From contig JBDKRF010000323.1 in the NCBI GenBank assembly GCA_039683525.1, forward strand, positions 1 to 40,979: a stretch of DNA of 40,979 nt, written 5' to 3'. Below the pieces are notes generated by a model, which saw only the letters and a program-made list of their open reading frames with translations, searched no databases and was not told where the DNA came from. Every line of letters begins with the position of its first letter. Within the stretch, counting starts at the first letter, position 1. This DNA is from Clostridiaceae bacterium (lineage in GTDB: Bacteria > Bacillota > Clostridia > Christensenellales > CAG-138). Positions 18,009 through 25,380 of the stretch are shown piece by piece. Both the position numbers and the translations under genes were made by a program.

Positions 18009-18713
18009 TCAAGAGCGAGCGCCAATCATATCGGCTAAGAATTTGAAATCATACTCAAAAAGTCCGCCTCTATCATCAAAAAACTTCTCGCGATAAACGT
18101 TGTACCATTCCTCTGATATTCTGTGCCAACTAGATTCATCGGGTGTTACCAATATCATTTTCCAGTATCCATTATCACCAACACTTTTGTTTTGAATTTC
18201 GTCATTCCAACTATTTGCAAGTATATCGAATGAACAAGGAGTCTTAATTGGGCAGGAGTTTTCCATATTGTTGCCTATTGGACTGGTTTTTGACTTTGCC
18301 AATACAATGATTCCTTCTCTGATACGATGTTGAAATTCTAATGAATCTTGTTTGTAATTTTGTAAAATGTTCATTGCACACCATATTGCTTCTAGGCCGC
18401 TACACCGCGGGTCAACATTTCTTCCTCCACCGATATATTCGATCCCTTGCAGAGCTTCCTGAAAATGTGATTCTTCTTCTGGAAAATGAAATGGCCCCCG
18501 AAGTTCGAGCGATTTCTCTCCATCGCACTTGCAATTTCTGAACAATATCAGAAAAAACTTTATATTACTTTCCGCCGTTAAAATATCTCTTTTAAGATCT
18601 TCGACCATAATTCTAGCAGCACTGGTTGCGTAATCAACGAAATCCTGTGAGTATGCTTGCGTTCGAGAAGTAGCCTCAACACAAAAAACCAGATTTAAGT
18701 CAACAGCGCTCAT
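18009..18713 (-). CDS. Second cytoplasmic vWA-like protein with a degenerate MIDAS
   Basis: DLNLVFCVEATSRT aligns with DLTFCIDATRSM of 12934..13614, but has Glu for the first Asp and a shifted Ser. GGGRNVDPRCSGLEAIWCAM corresponds to GGGDDPEDGLEALAYAI. No signal peptide. Confidence 0.65.
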   Translation of the reverse strand: MSAVDLNLVFCVEATSRTQAYSQDFVDYATSAARIMVEDLKRDILTAESNIKFFLILFRNCKCDGEKSLELRGPFHFPEEESHFQEALQGIEYIGGGRNVDPRCSGLEAIWCAMNILQNYKQDSLEFQHRIREGIIVLAKSKTSPIGNNMENSCPIKTPCSFDILANSWNDEIQNKSVGDNGYWKMILVTPDESSWHRISEEWYNVYREKFFDDRGGLFEYDFKFLADMIGARS

Positions 18714-18733
18714 ATCTGCTTATCCATCTCCAT

Positions 18734-19453
18734 TTATCTCCGAATCAACAATCCACTTTCGAAGCGTTTGATCGCTTCCTTCATCTGCGCCGCATACTGT
18801 CGTCCAATCGGAAGTTTAATATTCTGCTCGAGCGTGAATTCATTCGCCTGATATCGCGTTACTTTTCGCAGATTCACATGAATGCTTCTATGGCACTGCA
18901 CAAAGTCGAGTCCGCAAGCAGAATCGACAATCTCTTGCGGTAGTTGATACGTCTCGATGGTGTCATCCTTCGTTACGATATGCGTCTTGCGCTGTACGCG
19001 TTCGAGATACAGCACCTCGCGGCAGGGGACATAGATCTTCTCGCTGTTTGCTGTAACCACAAAAAAAGAATGCTCCATAGCTGCTAAGTTGACCACCGAT
19101 TTTTGAATCGCGGTCACCAAGTGCAGTGGAACATATTCTTTCGGCAGAATGCATGTGTGATTCATCTCATAATATTCAGGGAAAATTCGATTTCTTTCGC
19201 TGATTAATACGATCTGACAAGCTTCATTCTTTTTTGTCATCTCTCTTGCGATAAATACGCCGTTGTGCGTTCCCAGTTCCCGGCTGATGATTGCAATATC
19301 GAACGCCTCGGTGCGCAGAAATACATCGGAAATCATCCACTCCGGGTCCGTATAGGTCGCAACGGTCGCAAACGAAACCTCACGGATCTGCCTGAGGAGT
19401 CTACAAATATATTCGATGTAATCTGCCTGCGTTTCACAAATGGCTATTCGCAT
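18734..19453 (-). CDS. LytTR-family DNA-binding regulator with a pseudo-receiver domain
   Basis: The C-terminus (VPCREVLYLERVQRKTHIVTKDD ... FVQCHRSIHVNLRKV) is LytTR-like. The N-terminus has receiver-like topology. However, the acidic pair reads ICETQ rather than DD, and the expected phospho-acceptor position reads DIAIISREL rather than D..LDI. Confidence 0.7.
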   Translation of the reverse strand: MRIAICETQADYIEYICRLLRQIREVSFATVATYTDPEWMISDVFLRTEAFDIAIISRELGTHNGVFIAREMTKKNEACQIVLISERNRIFPEYYEMNHTCILPKEYVPLHLVTAIQKSVVNLAAMEHSFFVVTANSEKIYVPCREVLYLERVQRKTHIVTKDDTIETYQLPQEIVDSACGLDFVQCHRSIHVNLRKVTRYQANEFTLEQNIKLPIGRQYAAQMKEAIKRFESGLLIRR

Positions 19454-19577
19454 GCAAAAAAGATCCCCCGCCTTGTTCTTGCGAAATCTACAACCAACGA
19501 GTCATATTACTGTAAATCATCTTACCGCTGTTATTTCTTACTTGGTTTTCTTTTGCGATACCAGGTCAACTTGCTCC

Positions 19578-21809
19578 CTAATTTGCACGAATGAGAATGC
19601 ATTGACCAGCTATAGTGCCTTGACTCCAATTGAGGCTGTCGTCAAACGAAATAATCGCGATACTCCCTTTTTTTAACGAGTATAGGTTTGTCGGCGCCCA
19701 CCCATCGGAAGTAATCATTCCGTCCTCGTCAATTCTATCGCCTAGTGTCATCATGCTATAGTTATTTAGTCCCTCCGTACTTTCACAAGCAATGAGTGAA
19801 ATTATATTAAACTTCTTTGACGCAACCGGATTCCCCGCAAGATCCGTGATTTGAATCTGGAATCCATTGCTGAAGACACTACCCTCTTCTATTAAACTGT
19901 AGGAAGCCCAAACGTATTCGTTATCCGCACCCGATACGTAATTCAACTCAAATGTTGGAGAGGTGTATGTAATATATCCGGCTTTTGACACGGTATACCG
20001 ATACTCTCCGGAAGGCAGGTCGGTAAAAGGATCAATCAGCGAATCGGAATTTTGCGTTCTCTCCCATGTTGTCTGCGTATCTAGGTTGGTCAGTTGTATC
20101 AATGCGCCGGGCAGCATCGTTCCCAACCCGATACCATCCTTATTGATCAATCTACAATCGTCGATTGAAACATGCACGGTATTTGCATCATATGTCATTC
20201 CAGCAATGTAAGCATCGCTCTGGTTAATCGTTTCATTTGTAGGAATCAGTTTCGCCAGATAATCTCCGGTTGACTCAACCGTCAGCGTAACATCACCAAT
20301 CTGAATTCCGTTATTATTGTTTTCCTCCACGGTCCTCTCTGATGTATTCATCGCAAGCTTGAAATCCCCACCGGATTCATCCTGAATAAACCGCACATCG
20401 GTGATGCAGATGTTGATATCATCAGATTGTTCCCAAATTCCGATTCGACCGTCCTGATAGAGTGCGGTTGTTTCCCAGCCGCCAAATGCAACTGCGATGA
20501 TGGATTGATTATCCTTGAGTTCATTTACCTTTGCTGGCTTCATGAAAGATGCGAATGCCTCTGTTAATAAGCATCCCGATGTGTAATATCCATATCCATA
20601 TACGCTTCCGTTCTCATCTAGAAGGTATAGACCCGAGATGCCACCATTTTGATAAATAAATGAGCCCAGTTCAGAGTAATCCGTTGGTTGCGAATTATTT
20701 TCGTAGATCGATAAACTCCCTTTCTCATCCAGCCACGCAAAATAGGCGGATCTTTCAACTTGAACCGACTCAAACAGTGACCAGTTTGACGAAGTGGTCG
20801 CGAAGTCTATGGGAGCTGGTGTATTACTGTATTTCTTGGAACCACTCGTAAGGAGATTTGTTCCCCAATAATAGAATTCGCCACTCGTTGCTTGAGCAAC
20901 AACCATGCTATATCCCGGTTCGAAGTCATTGTAGATGCACTGGATTTTTCGAATCGGCGGTAAACCTTCAATTGCCGTTGAAGTTTCAAACTGATTGTCA
21001 TCCGCTCCCAATCCGAAAACGCCATATTTCCCGTTTCCAAAAACCCAGACCTGTCCTTGGGCGTCGAGCGCAAGCAGTCCTAAGTCCATTGAGTCAATGA
21101 TTTCTAGATCAATGATATTCTCCAATCCCGAAATCTTTTGCAACCCGTAATTTAGTGTTTTATTCTCCCAATAAAGCTCCGTCCACCAGACTGAGCCATC
21201 TTTTTTTACAACAAACAACCGCGCCGACCAATCAACGCCTGCCGTGTATATTTCCGCGGCATCCGTTATATCGCTCGGCCGCGCGACATAGTCGTTTTGA
21301 TCCCAAATCCATACGGTACCGGAAGCATCGATCGCAGCGCCCCAACGAAACTCATCAACCACGTCGGCTGTGCCTGAATATATCGAATCAATCACGATTT
21401 GATGATCATCAACGGAGGATGAAACGGGTTGACCGGCATCGTTCATTTGCGGAGCCATCGTTTCCATTGGGATTGCAGGAGGCTCCGTTACTTGCGGTAC
21501 GCCTTGATACGCCGATTGTCTGGAGACGAGCACAACGATTGCGACAACTGCAGCCAACAAGAGAACACACAACACACCAATCAGAATCGCTATGCGGTTC
21601 TTCTTGCGCGGTTCTCTGTCTTTTTGAGAATTGTTCTCGTCCGCATCTTGTCGACTCTGAGAGGATTGTTGATTGTTTGCTGAAAAGCTATTTTTATTTG
21701 AAGTGCGTTGCTGTTCTTCTTTCACCGCTCTCGGTTCGTCGCATAAAGCACAAGTGCTTTGTTCATCCTCATTGAGTGTTTCGCATCTCTTGCAGGTCCA
21801 CATGCACAT
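19578..21809 (-). CDS. Zinc-ribbon (RanBP2-type) single-pass membrane protein with an RCC1-like beta-propeller and a PEGA-like C-terminal module
   Basis: The track ORF reaches 21893. GGGAG lies just upstream of the ATGs at 21809 and 21803, giving M(CM)WTCKRCETLNEDEQSTCALC. TM is IAILIGVLCVLLLAAVVAIVVLV. RCC1-like blades include DASGTVWIWDQ, KKDGSVWW and DAQGQVWVFGNGKYGVFGLG. The C-terminal module is paralogous to 2453..3595. Confidence 0.8.
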   Translation of the reverse strand: MCMWTCKRCETLNEDEQSTCALCDEPRAVKEEQQRTSNKNSFSANNQQSSQSRQDADENNSQKDREPRKKNRIAILIGVLCVLLLAAVVAIVVLVSRQSAYQGVPQVTEPPAIPMETMAPQMNDAGQPVSSSVDDHQIVIDSIYSGTADVVDEFRWGAAIDASGTVWIWDQNDYVARPSDITDAAEIYTAGVDWSARLFVVKKDGSVWWTELYWENKTLNYGLQKISGLENIIDLEIIDSMDLGLLALDAQGQVWVFGNGKYGVFGLGADDNQFETSTAIEGLPPIRKIQCIYNDFEPGYSMVVAQATSGEFYYWGTNLLTSGSKKYSNTPAPIDFATTSSNWSLFESVQVERSAYFAWLDEKGSLSIYENNSQPTDYSELGSFIYQNGGISGLYLLDENGSVYGYGYYTSGCLLTEAFASFMKPAKVNELKDNQSIIAVAFGGWETTALYQDGRIGIWEQSDDINICITDVRFIQDESGGDFKLAMNTSERTVEENNNNGIQIGDVTLTVESTGDYLAKLIPTNETINQSDAYIAGMTYDANTVHVSIDDCRLINKDGIGLGTMLPGALIQLTNLDTQTTWERTQNSDSLIDPFTDLPSGEYRYTVSKAGYITYTSPTFELNYVSGADNEYVWASYSLIEEGSVFSNGFQIQITDLAGNPVASKKFNIISLIACESTEGLNNYSMMTLGDRIDEDGMITSDGWAPTNLYSLKKGSIAIISFDDSLNWSQGTIAGQCILIRAN

Positions 21810-21909
21810 TTTCTCCCAAGAATTCAGATTTTTTGTATATGACTGCTCAATCGTGCTTGAATATCTTTGCCGAAACAGCAATGTATTAAGCACAGATCGT
21901 TTATTCTGG

Positions 21910-21939
21910 ATTGTACGAAATGAATGGAGAACGAGTAAA
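21910..21939 (-). promoter_or_regulatory. Candidate sigma-A promoter for the island
   Basis: On the minus strand, TTTACT-N18-TACAAT lies about 95 nt upstream of the 21809 start. The region is AT-rich, so a chance match is plausible. Confidence 0.25.
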
Positions 21940-22437
21940 GCATCAGCTGTACATCTTAACCGAGTATTAACATAAAATCCTAAGGAACTTGAGATCTATC
22001 GTCTAGCTTTGGAAGCGATGAGAAAATTTGATTAACTTGAGTATACAGGATAACACCACCAGAATAAAGACTAAAATTGTACATATTCTACATTTTTACG
22101 ACATATTTTACCTACAAAAAGTTATGTCAATGTCATTCTGCAAACAATGAACCAAAGCAAGGCGATATAAAACATACAGCTTGTTCCTATGGTATGATGA
22201 TAAACTACGGTGTGCGATGATCGCACGCGAGCTGTCCAAACGACAAACATTTTGTAATAAACAGCATGGGACAATTTTAGATAAGAAGTGTGAACCGTAC
22301 TCCGTATGGTGTTGCACGTGCACAGAAAGGCAAAGCAGTATGACGCGTGCGTTTCGTGGCGTGTAAACGTGCGCAAAAAAAGCGCTGTGCCGCTCCTTTC
22401 TACAGAAGCAACAAGCGCAATTCTTTTTTATGTCTGT

Positions 22438-22866
22438 TCAACCCCTTCGGCAGAGCAATCGAAGCGCCTCGAGATATCCTTCCAACCCGTGGCCTTTGAT
22501 GCTGGCGACGCATGCCGCGCGGATATAGGACACCTTACGAAACTCCTCCCGCGTGTCGGGATCGGAGATGTGCACCTCCACGGTCGGAACACCGACCGCC
22601 TTGACCGCGTCCAGCAGCGCGACGCTCGTGTGCGTATACGCGCCGGGGTTGATCACGATGCCATCCGCCGTGCCGTAGGCCGCCTGAATCGCATCCACCA
22701 GCGCGCCTTCGTGATTACTCTGCACGAAGGAGACCTCGACGCCGAGCTTTTCCGCCTCCGCGCGGATCATCTCCAAAAGGTCGGCATAGGTGCGGCTGCC
22801 GTAGATGCTCGGCTCCCGTAACCCCAATAAATTCAGGTTTGGCCCGTTGATCACCAGTATCTTCAT
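22438..22866 (-). CDS. aroQ: Type II 3-dehydroquinate dehydratase
   Basis: MKILVINGPNLNLLGLREPSIYG ... SNHEGALVD ... INPGAYTHTS ... EVHISD. I use the internal ATG at 22866, which has GGGGGAGAA upstream. The longer track ORF overlaps aroE/aroK. Confidence 0.9.
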   Translation of the reverse strand: MKILVINGPNLNLLGLREPSIYGSRTYADLLEMIRAEAEKLGVEVSFVQSNHEGALVDAIQAAYGTADGIVINPGAYTHTSVALLDAVKAVGVPTVEVHISDPDTREEFRKVSYIRAACVASIKGHGLEGYLEALRLLCRRG

Positions 22867-22888
22867 CCAATTCTCCCCCAGATTCACG

Positions 22889-24130
22889 CTATTTCGCTTG
22901 CTCGCAAAAATCGTGCCAGATTCTCTCCGCTGCATCCTCCGGCGTCGTTTCGTTGGTGATACTCTCGTCGCGAAAGCGCGTATAGAGCGGCGCACGCTCG
23001 CGTTGCATCGCGTTGAGATCTGCGGCTTGCGAAAGCGGCCTGCCCTCGCGCGGCAAAAGTGAAAGATCGCGCTCAATCTGGTAAACCCGCGCGTTCTGCC
23101 TGAGCGCCTGATAGTTCCGCTCGTCCTTGACGACTCCGCCGCCGGTCACGAGGATCAATCCGCTCTCTTTGCCCCACGTTTGCGCCTGCTCGCGCTCCAG
23201 CGCGCGAAACACCGCCTCGCCGGACTCCGCGAAGATCTGCGGAATCGTCTTCCCCGCAGCCACCACGATCTGTTCGTCCAGATCGATCAGCTTTCGTCCG
23301 CTGAGCTGCGCCAGAACTGCACCGATGGTTGACTTACCGCTGCCCGGCATACCGATGAGCACGATATTGAGCGTGCTCTGTCGTAAAAGGTGCAGGATGT
23401 GCTCGTTCTCGCTGTCCGCAATTGCTCGATCAAAGAAGAGCTCCTCGGCAGCCTTTGCCTGCGCAACCAGCATGCTCAAGCCGTCCGCGCAGGGAAGGTT
23501 GAGCTCCTCCGCACGAAAGGCAAGCGCCGTTTTGCGCGGGTTATACACAAGCTCCAGCACGCCTTCACATGCGGGGAAAACAGCGGGGTCTACGGGCAGC
23601 TCCCCCGTGTGCGGATACATGCCGACGGGCGTTGTGTTGATCAAAATTTGCGCGTCTGCGTGGCGGATCAGGTTCTCGTAGTTGTCCTTGCCGCCGCGCG
23701 AGACGACGACGATCTCGCCGGCTCTGCTCGCCTTTGCGACGTATTGCGCGGTCAAGGAAGCGCCGCCGCTGCCAAGGATGACGACCTTTTTGCCGGCAAA
23801 CGAAATGCCTGCGCGCGATGCCATGTAGGTAAGTCCGTAAGAATCCGTGTTGTAGCCGGTGCGTTTGCCGTCCACGCCGCGTACGATCGTGTTGACGCTG
23901 CCGATTTCCCGCGCGGTCTCGTCCAGCGCGTCGCAAAAAGCCATCACGTCGCGCTTGTAGGGAATCGTGACGTTCACACCTCCGATGTCCTCCCGCGCGA
24001 GAAACGCGCCTAGCGCCTCCGGCTCCAACTCGTAGAGCGCATAGTTGTCGTTTCCGAGCGCGCGATGAATCTGCACAGAGTAGCTGTGCTTCAGCGTCCG
24101 CCCGATCAAGCCATAGATGCGCTCTTTCAT
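22889..24130 (-). CDS. aroE/aroK: Bifunctional shikimate dehydrogenase / shikimate kinase fusion
   Basis: The N-terminal roughly 270 aa are AroE-like (GLIGRTLKHSYSVQIH, NVTIPYK, NTDSYG, ILGSGGAS). The C-terminal roughly 150 aa are AroK-like, with the P-loop IVLIGMPGSGKSTIG. Confidence 0.85.
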   Translation of the reverse strand: MKERIYGLIGRTLKHSYSVQIHRALGNDNYALYELEPEALGAFLAREDIGGVNVTIPYKRDVMAFCDALDETAREIGSVNTIVRGVDGKRTGYNTDSYGLTYMASRAGISFAGKKVVILGSGGASLTAQYVAKASRAGEIVVVSRGGKDNYENLIRHADAQILINTTPVGMYPHTGELPVDPAVFPACEGVLELVYNPRKTALAFRAEELNLPCADGLSMLVAQAKAAEELFFDRAIADSENEHILHLLRQSTLNIVLIGMPGSGKSTIGAVLAQLSGRKLIDLDEQIVVAAGKTIPQIFAESGEAVFRALEREQAQTWGKESGLILVTGGGVVKDERNYQALRQNARVYQIERDLSLLPREGRPLSQAADLNAMQRERAPLYTRFRDESITNETTPEDAAERIWHDFCEQAK

Positions 24131-24179
24131 ATTTCAATCACCAAATCACGAAATATCGGTAAATACTCTCACGCAACAA

Positions 24180-25319
24180 TTAAATCACGGAGTAGTTGCC
24201 CAAGAAGGTAAAGCTCTCGCTGATGCGCTCCAGCTCCTCCAGCATGGGCAGCACGCCCTGCTCGCGCACGGATGCATCTAGATCGAAGAAGAAGATGAAC
24301 TCAAAGTTGCGTCCCGTCACGGGGCAGCTTTCGATCTTGCTCGTGTTCACACCATAAGCCGATATCTTCGTGAGGATGCTGTTGAGCGCGCCCGGCTCGT
24401 TTTTGCAGTCCAGAATCAAGCTGATCTTATTCGAGCCTGCGTAGATGATCGGGTTCTTCGCGATGCAGATAAAGCGCGTATAGTTGTTGTCACTGTCCTG
24501 CACGTCGTCTTTGAGAACGCTCAGTCCGTACAAATCGGCGCAGGTGTGTGAGCTGATCGCGGCGGCTTTGGGGTTGATACCCTCGGCGACCATCTTCGCG
24601 GCGACCGCCGTATTGGCGCAGGGAATCACCTTCAACTTGCCGTTGAGGCTGCTTAAGTAGCGGCTGCATTGACCGATGGCCTGCTCATGCGAATAGATCT
24701 CCGTGATGTCGGAGAGCTTCGTGCCGGGCTTCGCCAAAAGTTCATGGCGAATATGCAGCGTCGTGCCGCGCACGATGGAGAAGCGCTTTCTCTGCAGCAG
24801 ATCGTAGACCGTGCGCACGGAGCCGTTCGCGCTGTTTTCGATGGGCAGCACGCCAAACTGGCAAAGCCCGGACTCCACCGCGTCAAACACCGCCTCAAAA
24901 CTCTTGACATACATGATGTTGCCGCGCGGAAGCAATTTGTCGCAGGCTGCCTGCGAGTTCGCGCCCTCTACGCCCTGACACGCGATGGTACCCGTGCGCG
25001 GAAACACCACCTCGGGCGCTGCAAGCGCACCTTCGATGAGCGCACTCACGCGCGACGGCGGCGAGTACAGCTCGGTCTGTCGCACCTTGTTCAGCTCGAT
25101 CAACGTGGTAAAGAACTGATACGCATACGGCTCCAACTCGCCCGCCTCGGCTTGCACGCGCGCGAGGATTTCGCGCTCCCGTGCCTTGTTCAGCACCGGC
25201 AGGTTATGCTCGCGCTTGTAGACCGCAACTTCTTGCGCAAGGCTCATCCGCTCCAAAAACAGCTGGAGCAGTTGGCTGTCCACTTCGTCAATCTGTTCGC
25301 GAATCTCTTCAATTTCCAT
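24180..25319 (-). CDS. pheA: Chorismate mutase / prephenate dehydratase (P-protein) with an ACT domain
   Basis: N-terminal AroQ-class chorismate mutase helix (IREQIDEVDSQLLQLFLERMSLAQEVAVYK). The prephenate dehydratase core includes GVEGANSQ and LPIENSANGSV. The C-terminal ACT-like part includes ESCP. Confidence 0.85.
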   Translation of the reverse strand: MEIEEIREQIDEVDSQLLQLFLERMSLAQEVAVYKREHNLPVLNKAREREILARVQAEAGELEPYAYQFFTTLIELNKVRQTELYSPPSRVSALIEGALAAPEVVFPRTGTIACQGVEGANSQAACDKLLPRGNIMYVKSFEAVFDAVESGLCQFGVLPIENSANGSVRTVYDLLQRKRFSIVRGTTLHIRHELLAKPGTKLSDITEIYSHEQAIGQCSRYLSSLNGKLKVIPCANTAVAAKMVAEGINPKAAAISSHTCADLYGLSVLKDDVQDSDNNYTRFICIAKNPIIYAGSNKISLILDCKNEPGALNSILTKISAYGVNTSKIESCPVTGRNFEFIFFFDLDASVREQGVLPMLEELERISESFTFLGNYSVI

Positions 25320-25380
25320 GTGATTTCCTCTCTATTTCGCAGCATGACAGTCAAAAGCGTCTTGCTGAACGGATTTCAGA

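Noticed and set aside
2453-21893. The island as a prophage, ICE or transposon, or as a known defence system or CRISPR locus.
   Set aside because: I recognised no integrase, recombinase, transposase, capsid, portal or terminase genes. There is no conjugation ATPase, nuclease or helicase, and there are no CRISPR-like spaced repeats. The horizontal-transfer idea rests on composition only.
22108-22376. Small ORFs (61-84 aa) in the AT-rich spacer between the island and aroQ.
   Set aside because: The frames overlap each other, there are no Shine-Dalgarno sequences, the composition is Cys/His/Thr-rich and odd, and I recognised no motif. The region is more likely non-coding promoter or spacer DNA, or decayed sequence.
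22374-22432. A terminator downstream of aroQ.
   Set aside because: Only a 5-bp GCGCT/AGCGC stem with a 27-nt loop is present, flanked by A- and T-runs. That is too weak to call by eye, although some termination signal is expected here.
22867-23076. A 70-aa N-terminal extension of the aroQ ORF in the track (212 aa).
   Set aside because: The extension overlaps the 3' end of aroE/aroK and is Arg-rich nonsense. The internal ATG at 22866 has a strong GGGGGAGAA RBS and yields the canonical MKILVINGPNLN start.
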